A stretch of DNA of 35,892 nt, filler included, from an uncultured Synergistales bacterium (lineage in GTDB: Bacteria; Synergistota; Synergistia; Synergistales; Aminobacteriaceae): NCBI GenBank assembly GCA_937897575.1. It is 2 parts of 2 records of this genome, joined end to end, with 100 filler letters (N's around TTAATTAATTAA, not from the genome) between each part and the next. Parts side by side here need not be neighbours in the genome. Positions count along the whole stretch, not along the records: positions 7,551 to 35,892 come from CALCQG010000173.1; 1 more part is not named here. The stretch is one strand, 5' to 3'. Shown piece by piece: positions 16,684-25,656 of this stretch. Below the pieces are notes generated by a model, which worked only from the letters and a program-made list of their open reading frames with translations, searched no databases and was not told the DNA's origin. The position numbers and the translations under genes are program-made. Within the stretch, counting starts at the first letter, position 1, and every line of letters begins with the position of its first letter.

Positions 16684-16795
16684 GAAATCGTGAACCCGTC
16701 GCCGCGGACGGCGTCCCTTGCAGGAAACGGGCACCCGGAGAGCCGGGAGCCCCATGGAGGGGCTGCGCGTCGCAAAACCATACAGGAGGAAGCCC

Positions 16796-17782
16796 ATGAC
16801 ACCTCATGATCGGTATGCATCTCTGCCGGAGCGGCTCTCCGGCGAAGCGTATCTCTTCAGGAGCGTCCGAAGGGCGTTTGGCCCCCTCTGCGCCGCAGCG
16901 CTGCTCGTCATGACGTGCCGGAGCGCCCTCGCCGCCCCGCCCCCTGCCCTCATGGAGCTCGCCTACTCCCGCAACCACATGATGCGGACGGAGTGCTTCC
17001 GTTTCACCCTTGACGAGGAGGATGGGCAGGTCCTCTTCGACTGCTGGCTCCCCGCCCAGAGGGGGGACATCGTCTTCGAGAGGCGGGAGGTGGAGCGATC
17101 GGACATGGAGGCCCTGCGGCTCCTCGCTCTGGAGCACGACCTCCTGGGGCTCGCGGAGAGGAACGGGAACGGCTCGAAGGACCTCTCTGCCGGTCCGTTC
17201 GTCCGGGACCAGACCACCTACTCCCTCTCCGCCCGGTGGTCCGACGGCACGACCCTCTCGAGCCGGTCATCGGCTCCAGACGCCGTGGAGGCCTTCTTCA
17301 GAAAGCTGGCCAACCGCCTGAACGGCACGCCCTGGGCGCTGAAAGGGAGCAAGGGAGGCCTCGAATCGGGGGCCTTCAGCGGCCCGGTCCACACCGGCAC
17401 GGCCTCGGGGGTGACCATCGCGTACCCGGCAGCGTCCCGGGCGGTGTTCGGGGCGTCGGCGCGGATCGACCTCCCCGGCGAAAACGGCACCGTGGTGACC
17501 CTCAGGAAGGAACCCGGAACGACCTACGAGGAGCGCATCCACAAGGTGCTGGGACGGCGCGCCGAGCCGGGGTTCGCCTTCTCTCAGGAGACCTTCGGGA
17601 AGGCCTCCTGCATCGCCCTGTTCGAGGAGGCCCCCGCCGCCCCCGAGGCGTCCTGCACCCTCCTGATCTTCCCCAACGGCGAGAAGGCCCTCATCACCGT
17701 GGAGGCCAGAGGCTCCTCCGGAAGGCTCCTGGACCTTCTGACCCCCGACGTGCTGGCGGTGCTTCACAGTGTGGCCTGGTAG
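16796..17782 (+). CDS. Hypothetical exported two-domain protein
   Basis: AGGAGG RBS before ATG 16796, hydrophobic segment ending SALA, GC3-rich codons. The C-terminal domain is paralogous to the next gene. Confidence 0.75.
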   Translation: MTPHDRYASLPERLSGEAYLFRSVRRAFGPLCAAALLVMTCRSALAAPPPALMELAYSRNHMMRTECFRFTLDEEDGQVLFDCWLPAQRGDIVFERREVERSDMEALRLLALEHDLLGLAERNGNGSKDLSAGPFVRDQTTYSLSARWSDGTTLSSRSSAPDAVEAFFRKLANRLNGTPWALKGSKGGLESGAFSGPVHTGTASGVTIAYPAASRAVFGASARIDLPGENGTVVTLRKEPGTTYEERIHKVLGRRAEPGFAFSQETFGKASCIALFEEAPAAPEASCTLLIFPNGEKALITVEARGSSGRLLDLLTPDVLAVLHSVAW

Positions 17783-18353
17783 GCGTCCCTCCCTCGGGGC
17801 TGAGCCCCCCGCCGGCCGGGACACGAGGGCGGGCAGGTGGGCCGTGGCCCTGCTTGCGGTGCTGGCGCTCCTCCTCCAGGGTTCGGCTTGGGCCGACGCG
17901 GGCCTCGAACCGGGGGCCTTCAGCGCCCCCGTGCGGACCTTCTCGGGGGCCGGGGTGACCCTCTCGTACCCGGAAGGGGCCACGGCGGCGATGAACGTCC
18001 TGGACAGGGCGATCGTGAACCTCGAGGGCCTCAAGTACACGGTCGCGGCGTGGAAAGGGAAGGCGTTCAGGAGCTACGAGGAGCAGAGGAGGGCTCTGAG
18101 GGCCATCGAGGCGAGGGTGGGGGACCTCAGGCTGTTCGAGACCTACGAGAGCACTTTCAAGGGCGCCCGGTGCCTCGTGGCGAAGCAGGCCCCCTCGCCG
18201 GAGTCCTACTTTCCGGTGTGCGACCTCTTCGTCTACCCCGATGCGGACACGCTGGTGTACATCTCCGCCCTGCGGAACAGCGTGAAGGGCTCGCTGAAAA
18301 AACTGCTGCGACACCAGGATGTGCTCGCCGTGCTCCACAGCGTGACCTGGTAG
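17769..18353 (+). CDS. Hypothetical exported protein, paralog of the upstream C-terminal domain
   Basis: Signal-like RWAVALLAVLALLLQGSAWA. Shares GLExGAFSxPV and DVLAVLHSVxW* with the upstream gene. Start codon uncertain. Confidence 0.72.
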   Translation: MWPGRRPSLGAEPPAGRDTRAGRWAVALLAVLALLLQGSAWADAGLEPGAFSAPVRTFSGAGVTLSYPEGATAAMNVLDRAIVNLEGLKYTVAAWKGKAFRSYEEQRRALRAIEARVGDLRLFETYESTFKGARCLVAKQAPSPESYFPVCDLFVYPDADTLVYISALRNSVKGSLKKLLRHQDVLAVLHSVTW

Positions 18354-18556
18354 CTCTTCGCAAGAGGCTCCGCACTGTTTCGTCGCTCAGGGTGCGATCC
18401 TCACAATTTTTCGCGCAGCGACAGCGTCGCCCTGTCGGGGCGTTTGGTAGCGCATGCCGCTTTGTTCGTCACGGCGACGTTCCGGCAATCGGGGGGCCGA
18501 GACACGGCGATGTCAAATCCTCGGCCGACGGAGCGAGGGGTTCGCCCGGGATCCGG

Positions 18557-19189
18557 TCATCGTCCCGATCTCCGGGCGGCTCGGACGGCCTCCAGAAGGC
18601 CTTTCGCCGCCGCACGGGGGTCCTCCTGGAAGAGGACCGCCGATATGACGGAGACGCCCGACGCCCCGGCCCTGATGGCGAGAGGCGCGTTCTCCGCCGT
18701 CACGCCGCCGATGGCCACCACGGGGACGGAGACGGCGCGAACGATCCCGGCGAGCCCCTCCGGCCCGATGGGCCCCGTCTCCTTCTTCTTGGTGCCCGTG
18801 CCGAAGACGTCCCCCACGCCGAGGTAGTCCGCCCCGGCGGCCACAGCTCGGAGGGCTTCGGCAGCGGTTCCGGCTGTGACGCCCAGAATTCTGTCCGGCC
18901 CGATCATGGCCCGGGCACGCCCGGCCTCCGTGTCCTCCTGGCCGATATGCACGCCGTCGGCGTCCAAAGCCAGGGCGAGGTCGATCCGGTCGTTCACGAT
19001 GAAGGGGACGCCGGCGGCCCGGACGATATCCCCGACGCGCCGCCCCATGACCAGAAACGCCTCGTCGTCGTGGATCTTGTCGCGGTACTGGACGAGGGTC
19101 ACACCGCCCGCCAGGGCGAGCCGGACCTTCTCCTCCAGGTTCTCCACGGGGTGGGTCAGCAGATAGAGCGACAGATCGAAGGGCTTCAC
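18557..19189 (-). CDS. thiE: Thiamine-phosphate synthase
   Basis: LVQYRDK, FIVNDRIDLA, DGVHIGQED and PVVAIGG. GTG 19189 with AGGAGG RBS. Downstream of a TPP riboswitch. Confidence 0.95.
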   Translation of the reverse strand: MKPFDLSLYLLTHPVENLEEKVRLALAGGVTLVQYRDKIHDDEAFLVMGRRVGDIVRAAGVPFIVNDRIDLALALDADGVHIGQEDTEAGRARAMIGPDRILGVTAGTAAEALRAVAAGADYLGVGDVFGTGTKKKETGPIGPEGLAGIVRAVSVPVVAIGGVTAENAPLAIRAGASGVSVISAVLFQEDPRAAAKGLLEAVRAARRSGR

Positions 19190-19288
19190 GATGGATGGAG
19201 CCTCCTTTGAAAGGGATGGGGGATCCGTGGCGGTCGGGGACGACATCAGGCCGCCTCCCCCTGTCGGCGAAGACGGCCTGCCCATATC

Positions 19289-19386
19289 GAAACGTTTCCC
19301 TCCGCCGGCATTACCCGGATCAGGTTCAGGGGTCGACGGCCGCTGCCGTCCTCTCAGCCCGCACGGCGCAAGCTCCCCCGCATCCC
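19289..19386 (-). ncRNA. TPP riboswitch (THI element)
   Basis: GGGGAGC...GGCTGAGAG...ACCCCTGAACCTGATCCGGGTAATGCCGGCGGAGGGAA on minus strand. Confidence 0.96.
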
Positions 19387-19397
19387 GGTTTTTCGCA

Positions 19398-19426
19398 ACT
19401 ATACCCACTCGCCATGGCGGTGTCAA
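19398..19426 (-). promoter_or_regulatory. sigma70 promoter of TPP-thiE
   Basis: TTGACA-17 nt-TATAGT. Confidence 0.8.
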
Positions 19427-19432
19427 GGCGAA

Positions 19433-19462
19433 GGGGCGGCGCCGGAAGATCGGCGCCGCCCC
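19433..19462 (-). terminator. Hairpin after hcp (probable terminator)
   Basis: 12-bp perfect stem GGGGCGGCGCCG/CGGCGCCGCCCC, weak U tract. Confidence 0.55.
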
Positions 19463-19486
19463 ACTTGTCCGTTCCCTGTTCCCCGA

Positions 19487-21133
19487 TTACCCGAGGATCT
19501 CCTGAAGGTCCTTCTCGGGCGTCGTGATGGGCTGGAGGTTGAACTTCTCCTGAAGCACCTTGAAGACGGGCTCCTTCACGAAGGCCGGCAGGGAGGGCCC
19601 GAGCTTCATGTTCTTCACGCCGAGGTACAGCAGCGAGAGCAGGATGCAGACGGCCTTCTGCTCGTACCACGACAGGACGAGGGTCAGAGGCAGACCGTTG
19701 ATGTCCGTCTGGAAGGCGTCGGCCAGGGCCATGGCGATGCGCACGGCCGAGTAGGCGTCGTTGCACTGGCCCACGTCGAGCAGCCGGGGGATGCCCGCGA
19801 TGTCGCCGAAGTCGAGCTTGTTGAATCGGTACTTGCCGCAGGCGAGGGTGAGGATCACACAGTCCTCCGGCACGGCCTGGGCGAAGTCCGTGTAGTAGCT
19901 CCGCCCCATCTTCGCCCCGTCGCACCCGCCCACGAGGAAGAAGTGCCGGATCTTGCCGGCCTTCACGAGGTCGATGACGGGCTCCGCCACGGAGAGGACG
20001 GCGTTGCGGCCGAAGCCGACGGTGATGTACTTCTCCTTGCCGTCCTCCGTGAACCCCGGAGCGGCGAGGGCCGCCTCGATCACGGGGGTGAAGTCCTTGG
20101 AGTCCCCGATGTGGACGGCACCGGGCCATGCCACGAGCCCTGTGGTGAAGATGCGGTCCATGTACGTGGCCCGCGGTCTCTGGATGCAGTTGGTGGTCAT
20201 GAGAATGGCGCCCGGGAAGGCCTCGAACTCCACCTGCTGGTTCTGCCACGCGCTGCCGTAGTTCCCCACGAGGTGCTTGTACTTCTTCAGCCCGGGGTAG
20301 GCAAGGCACGGGAGCATCTCTCCGTGGGTGTAAACGTTGACGCCCTTGCCCTCGGTCTGCTGGAGCAGAAGGTCCAGGTCCTTCAGGTCGTGCCCCGACA
20401 CGAGGATGGCCTTCCCCTTGACCGGGGTGACGCGCACCTTCGTGGGCTCCGGGTGCCCGTAGACGCCCGTGTTCGCCCCGTCGAGGAGCTCCATGACGGA
20501 GATGTTCCACTTGCCCGCGTCCATGGCCTGGGCCACGAGGTCGTCCACGGAGGGCGTCTCGCCGCCGAGGTAGTTCATCTTCTCGTGGAGGAAGCCGTAC
20601 AGCTTGGGATCTTCATGACCGAGGACCTTGGCGTGGTCCATATACGCGGCGCTGCCCTTAAGCCCGAGGAGGATCAGGTCCCGAAGCCCCTGGACCACTT
20701 CGCCGTACTTTTTGCTCCAGGCCTCGGGGTTGACCTTCCCGCCCGCTGCGACCATCTCGTCCCTGGTGGCCGGGATCGCGTCCGTCGCGGGGCCGCTGAG
20801 TGCCTCGGGCGTGCAGCCAGCCTTCTGACAGGCGTCCTCGTAGAGCTTCCTCGCCCGGTCCCGCATCGCTCCCGCCCGGCGGATCAGGGCCTCAAGGCGG
20901 GATTCGTCGAAGTTCACGTTGGTCACGGTGGTGAAAAGGGCCTCCATAACGAAGACGTCCACGTCGTGGTCCACGGCGCCGAGGGCTCTGGCGCGGTGGG
21001 CGTACATGGATACCCCCTTCGTCACGTGGAGCAGCAGATCCTGAAGCCCCGCCACATCGGGATTTTTCCCGCACACCCCCTGTATGGTGCACCCCGTTCC
21101 CTTCGCCGTCTGTTCGCACTGATAACAGAACAT
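19487..21133 (-). CDS. hcp: Hybrid cluster protein (hydroxylamine/NO reductase)
   Basis: MFCYQCEQT...GC...GVCGK, SGHDL, YTHGEM, TTNC, GGCDG, LACGKY, GQCND and SWYEQKA. Confidence 0.97.
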   Translation of the reverse strand: MFCYQCEQTAKGTGCTIQGVCGKNPDVAGLQDLLLHVTKGVSMYAHRARALGAVDHDVDVFVMEALFTTVTNVNFDESRLEALIRRAGAMRDRARKLYEDACQKAGCTPEALSGPATDAIPATRDEMVAAGGKVNPEAWSKKYGEVVQGLRDLILLGLKGSAAYMDHAKVLGHEDPKLYGFLHEKMNYLGGETPSVDDLVAQAMDAGKWNISVMELLDGANTGVYGHPEPTKVRVTPVKGKAILVSGHDLKDLDLLLQQTEGKGVNVYTHGEMLPCLAYPGLKKYKHLVGNYGSAWQNQQVEFEAFPGAILMTTNCIQRPRATYMDRIFTTGLVAWPGAVHIGDSKDFTPVIEAALAAPGFTEDGKEKYITVGFGRNAVLSVAEPVIDLVKAGKIRHFFLVGGCDGAKMGRSYYTDFAQAVPEDCVILTLACGKYRFNKLDFGDIAGIPRLLDVGQCNDAYSAVRIAMALADAFQTDINGLPLTLVLSWYEQKAVCILLSLLYLGVKNMKLGPSLPAFVKEPVFKVLQEKFNLQPITTPEKDLQEILG

Positions 21134-21174
21134 GTCACGCACTCCTCCTCTTCACGTAATGTCGTTCCACACCG

Positions 21175-22347
21175 TCAGTTGTGGGCGAAACGAATCGTCT
21201 CCTTGTCCACGATGCCGCCGTGCACCCCCACGGTGAAAACCTTGAGGGCGGTGTTGCGTCCGGCCGCTTCGCAGGCCGACTCGAGGATTCGGGTCAGCCC
21301 GCCGCAGCAGGGGACCTCCATCCGGACCACGGTGATGTGGTCGATTTCGTTCTCCCGGATGATTCGGGTCAGCTTCTCCACGTACCGCTGCGCGTCGTCC
21401 AGTTTGGGGCACCCGATGAGGCAGACGGCCTTGTCCCCGGTGAGGAAGGTCCTGTGGAACTCGGGGAAGGCGAAGGCCGTGCAGTCCGCCGCCACTACGA
21501 GCTCGGCGCCCTTCAGATAGGGGGCGCTCTCCGGCACGAGCTGCAGCTGAATCGGCCAGTTCGGAAGCGTGGGGGCGGGTTCGCCGTGGCTCTCCCGATC
21601 CTCTTCGGCATGGCACGGGGACGTGCCCCGCAGGGCCCTCGCCGCGGTCCCGGGGCAGCCGCAGGGAAGAGAGGCCTCGCCCTTGAGCTCCATCTGCCGG
21701 CGCCGGACGGCCTCCTCGTCGTAGGGAGCCGCTTCGCGCTCCTCGAAGGTGATGGCGCCCTGCGGACACTCGCCGATGCAGTCCCCCAGCCCGTCGCAGT
21801 AGATGTCGCTCACGAGCTTCGCCTTACCGTCCACGATGGCTATTGCGCCCTCATGGCAAGCCGTGGCGCACTGGCCGCACCCGTCGCACTTCTCCTCGTC
21901 GATGGTGATGATCTTTCTCAGCACGGTCTTCCCCTCCTCGTCGTTCTCCGCTGTGGAGCCCAGGGACGTCTTCCCCATATGATCCACGAACTCGCTCGTC
22001 ATTCGCTTGAGCGTATCGCCCAGGACGCACTCGTCGAAAGGACAGTTGTCCTTGTTGCCCAGCAGACAGTGGATGCCCTGCGGGGCATCCCCTTCGATGA
22101 TGGCGAAGATGTCGAGGAGGGTGATCTCGGTGGGGTCCTTCAGCAGCTCGAACCCACCCGAGGGGCCTCGCGTGGAGCGGACAAGCCTGGCGCGAACGAG
22201 CCGTTGGAACACCTTCGCCAGATGGGACTCCGACACGTCCAAGGCGATCGCCATCTCCTTGGCGCTCATCCGTCCGCCCTTCCGCAGTAGCCCCATTCCG
22301 TGCAACGCCAGCGTTACAGCCTCCGAGATGACGACAACCTCGCTCAT
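21175..22347 (-). CDS. Rrf2-family regulator fused in frame to a 4Fe-4S ferredoxin/iron-sulfur protein (internal RBS + GTG at 21924)
   Basis: N-terminal wHTH SESHLAKVFQRL..STRGPSGGF with 3 Cys, then CDGCGQC..CHEG, CDGLGDC..CPQG, CGCPG, NWPIQL, AADC, GCPKLD and MEVPCC. Confidence 0.9.
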   Translation of the reverse strand: MSEVVVISEAVTLALHGMGLLRKGGRMSAKEMAIALDVSESHLAKVFQRLVRARLVRSTRGPSGGFELLKDPTEITLLDIFAIIEGDAPQGIHCLLGNKDNCPFDECVLGDTLKRMTSEFVDHMGKTSLGSTAENDEEGKTVLRKIITIDEEKCDGCGQCATACHEGAIAIVDGKAKLVSDIYCDGLGDCIGECPQGAITFEEREAAPYDEEAVRRRQMELKGEASLPCGCPGTAARALRGTSPCHAEEDRESHGEPAPTLPNWPIQLQLVPESAPYLKGAELVVAADCTAFAFPEFHRTFLTGDKAVCLIGCPKLDDAQRYVEKLTRIIRENEIDHITVVRMEVPCCGGLTRILESACEAAGRNTALKVFTVGVHGGIVDKETIRFAHN

Positions 22348-22370
22348 GGAACGCACTCCCTTCTCTTTTT

Positions 22371-22402
22371 GGCATTCTAACACCTCAATGCCTTTATGTC
22401 AA
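22371..22402 (-). promoter_or_regulatory. rrf2-fdx-hcp promoter with overlapping inverted repeat GGCATT-N10-AATGCC
   Basis: TTGACA (22397-22402)-17 nt-TAGAAT (22374-22379). Inverted repeat at 22371-22392. Confidence 0.7.
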
Positions 22403-22709
22403 ACCATTCTTTGGTCGTTCACCCACCAGGTCGCCATACCGGCAGATCAGCCTCCGGTCGTCCCCCGGACGTTGAGCCTCCTTCGATCCCCAGCGCGCAC
22501 CGGGCTCGGTCCGGCCGGCACAGCGCCGTTGCTCTCTGAAACCTCCGACGCTGAGGACGACATATCCATTTTCATCATATGCTATTCCTTTAATAAAAAG
22601 AAGAGGGAGCGTGCTATCCGAAAGACGAGGGAAAGGGATCGACGTACAACAGCCACGAAGCGGCGGAGACTTCGGGGTGGAGGAGAGTGCATCCCCTCCG
22701 CCTCCCACG

Positions 22710-24161
22710 TTACCCTTTCCAGACCGACGGCCTCGCGATGAGGAGGACTGTATAGAGCTCGAGACGGCCCATGAGCATGAGAAGACAGAGGACCCACTTG
22801 GCCGCCATGGGGATGGCCGAGAAGTTGTCCGTGGGCCCGATGGCGCCGAACCCCGGCCCCGTGTTGCCCAGGGCCGAGGCGCTGCCCGAGACGGCCGTTA
22901 TGAAGTCGAGGCCGAGGGCGGCGAGCACCGCGGCGCCAAGAGCGAAGATGGCCATGTACAGCACGAAGAACGTCGTGATGGAGGCGCGGGCCTCGGACGT
23001 CGCGATCCTCCCCCGCACCCGCACGGGGAAGACGCCCCTGGGGTGCAGGGACGAGACCGTCTCGGCCCGGACGAGGCGGGCGAGGGCCAGGACTCGGAGG
23101 GCCTTGAGCCCTCCGGCGGTGGAGCCCGTGCTCCCGCCCAGGAACATGAGCAGGATGAAGAGGAAGTGGGTGTAGGCCGGCCACTGCTCGTAGTCCGCCG
23201 TGAAGAACCCCGTGGAGGTGATGACGCTCACCACCTGAAAGGCGCCGTACCGGAGGGCGTCGGAGACCGTCGAGTAGACGCCGCTTCGGAGGAGGACGAC
23301 GGCCGTGGTGACGATGCTGAAGAGCACGATGCCCGAGTAGACCCTGCACTCCTCGTCCCGGCCGTGGATACCGAGGTTGCCCAGGAGGAAACGGTAGTGG
23401 AGGACGAAGTTTATCCCGGAGATGAACATGAAGAAGGTGATCACCCAGTCGAAGTAGGCGGAGTTGTAGTGGGCGATGCTCCTGTTCAGGGGGGACAGGC
23501 CGCCTGTGGCGATGGTGCTGAAGGAGTGGGCGAGGGACTCGAAGAGGCTCATGCCGCCAAGGTGGAGCAGGACGACCTGAGCGGCGGTGAGAAGGATGTA
23601 GACGCCCCACAGGCGCAGGGCCGTCCGGTGCAGCCTGGGCGTCAGCTTCTCCACGGCGAAGCCGGGGACCTCAGCCTTGTAGAGGTGGATGCCTCCCACG
23701 CCGATGAAGGGCAGGATGGCAAGGCTGAGGACGATGATCCCCATGCCGCCGATCCAGTGGGTGAGGGCTCTCCAGAAGAGGAGCCCCCGCGGATGGACCT
23801 CGATGTCCACCAGGACGGAACCGCCCGTGGTGGTGAAGCCCGACATGGCCTCGTAGAAGGCGTCGGTGTAGGTGGGGACCATGCCGTGGAGGTAGTAGGG
23901 GAGGGCCCCGATGACGGAGGCCACGACCCAGGAGAGGGAGACCACGACGAAGGCGTCCTGGATGCGGACCTTCTTGAAGTCGGCGTTCCGCCCGGCGAAG
24001 AGGAGCAGCCCCGAGAGGGTCAGGCCGAGGACCATGGAGATGACGAAGGCCTGGGCGTCGGCCGTTCCGTCGTGGAGGGCCCAGAGGAGGGGCCAGATCA
24101 TGGCGGCGGAAACGATGCCCGTCAGGACGGCCATGACCTTCGAGATGAGGCGGGCGTTCAT
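22710..24161 (-). CDS. trkH: Trk potassium uptake membrane protein (copy 2)
   Basis: SGFTTTG, TIATGG, TSTGF and GNTGPG filter loops, LMGRLE. Confidence 0.95.
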   Translation of the reverse strand: MNARLISKVMAVLTGIVSAAMIWPLLWALHDGTADAQAFVISMVLGLTLSGLLLFAGRNADFKKVRIQDAFVVVSLSWVVASVIGALPYYLHGMVPTYTDAFYEAMSGFTTTGGSVLVDIEVHPRGLLFWRALTHWIGGMGIIVLSLAILPFIGVGGIHLYKAEVPGFAVEKLTPRLHRTALRLWGVYILLTAAQVVLLHLGGMSLFESLAHSFSTIATGGLSPLNRSIAHYNSAYFDWVITFFMFISGINFVLHYRFLLGNLGIHGRDEECRVYSGIVLFSIVTTAVVLLRSGVYSTVSDALRYGAFQVVSVITSTGFFTADYEQWPAYTHFLFILLMFLGGSTGSTAGGLKALRVLALARLVRAETVSSLHPRGVFPVRVRGRIATSEARASITTFFVLYMAIFALGAAVLAALGLDFITAVSGSASALGNTGPGFGAIGPTDNFSAIPMAAKWVLCLLMLMGRLELYTVLLIARPSVWKG

Positions 24162-24203
24162 CGGCTCGTCACGCTCCCGTCGCGGGCATGTCGGCCCGCC
24201 CTC

Positions 24204-25655
24204 CTACTTTCTCCACGTCCCGGGGACGAGGAGCAGGAGCAGGGTGTAGAGCTCCAGGCGCCCCAGAAGCATGAGGGCCGAGAAGACCCACAGGGCCCCC
24301 TCCGAGACGACGCCGAAGTTGTCCATGGGCCCGAGGACGCCGAGGGCCGGGCCCACGTTCCCGAGGGTCGCCGCCGCGCCCGACAGCGCGGAAAGCACGT
24401 CCAGGCCGAGGGCGGTCAGCGTCAGGACCCCGGCCGCGAAGATGGTCATGTAGAGGACGAAAAAGGTGGCCACCGACCCGACGACGGCGTCGTCGACGAT
24501 CTTCCCGCCCACCCTGACGTGCAGGATCATCCTCGGGTGCAGAATGCGCTTGAACTCCGCCCTCGAATGGCGGGATAACAGCAGAAAACGCAGGACCTTC
24601 ACGCCGCCGCCCGTGGACCCGGCGCACCCGCCCACGACCATGAGGAGGAGGAGGATCCACTGGCTCAGCGCCGGCCAGTACTCGAAGTCCGCCGTGATGT
24701 ACCCCGTCGTGGTCATGACGCTCACCACCTGGAAGCCGCTGTGCCGGAGGGCCTGCCAGAGGGAGCCGTAGTTCCCGCGCAGCAGGAGGTCGACGGTGAT
24801 CACCCCGACGCTGGCCAGGACGATCCAGACGTAGGTCCTGAACTCCTCGTCCCGGGCGAAGGCGCGGGCGTCCCCCCTGAGGAAGCGGTAGTGGAGCGCG
24901 AAATTCGCCCCGGAGAGGAACATGAAGAGGGTGATGACCGTCTCGAAGTAGAGGGAGCCGTACTGCCCGATGCTCTTGTTCAGCGGGGAGAAACCTCCCG
25001 TGGCGATGGTCCCGAAGGAGTGGGTAACGGCCTCGAAGAAGTTCATGCCGCCAAACATGAGGAACACGGACTCCGAGAGGGTGAGCATGGTATAGATGCC
25101 CCACAGGTACAGGGCCGTCTGATGGATCCGCGGCGTCACCTTCTCGGCCACGGGGCCGGGGACCTCGGCCCTGTAGAGCTCCATCCCGCGAACCCCCAGG
25201 AAGGGGAGCAGCGCCAGGGTGAAGACGATGATGCCCATGCCGCCGAGCCAGTGGGTGAGGCTCCGCCAGAAGAGGATGCCCCTCGGGCAGGCCTCGATGT
25301 CGGCGAGCACCGTCGCGCCTGTGGTGGTGAAGCCCGAGGCGGCCTCGAAGAAGGCGCCGGCGAAGGAGGACGTACACCCGTGAAGGTAGTAGGGCAGGGC
25401 CCCGATCGTGGACGCGATGAGCCACGTCAGGCCGACGACGATGTACCCGTCCTTGACGCCCAGGTCCTTGTAGGGCTCCCGCCAGCCGGGGACGAAGAGC
25501 AGCCCCGAGAAGGTCAGGCCGAAGACCATGGAGACGACGAAGGCATGGGCGTCCCCCGTCCCGTCGCGAAGGGCCCAGAAGAGGGGCCAGACCATGGAGA
25601 GGGAGACGGTGGCCGAAAGAAGGGAGAGGACCTTCGAGACGAGGCGGAAGTGCAC
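24204..25655 (-). CDS. trkH: Trk potassium uptake membrane protein (copy 1)
   Basis: SGFTTTG, TIATGG, TTTGY, GNVGP and LLGRLE. Confidence 0.95.
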   Translation of the reverse strand: MHFRLVSKVLSLLSATVSLSMVWPLFWALRDGTGDAHAFVVSMVFGLTFSGLLFVPGWREPYKDLGVKDGYIVVGLTWLIASTIGALPYYLHGCTSSFAGAFFEAASGFTTTGATVLADIEACPRGILFWRSLTHWLGGMGIIVFTLALLPFLGVRGMELYRAEVPGPVAEKVTPRIHQTALYLWGIYTMLTLSESVFLMFGGMNFFEAVTHSFGTIATGGFSPLNKSIGQYGSLYFETVITLFMFLSGANFALHYRFLRGDARAFARDEEFRTYVWIVLASVGVITVDLLLRGNYGSLWQALRHSGFQVVSVMTTTGYITADFEYWPALSQWILLLLMVVGGCAGSTGGGVKVLRFLLLSRHSRAEFKRILHPRMILHVRVGGKIVDDAVVGSVATFFVLYMTIFAAGVLTLTALGLDVLSALSGAAATLGNVGPALGVLGPMDNFGVVSEGALWVFSALMLLGRLELYTLLLLLVPGTWRK

Positions 25656-25656
25656 C

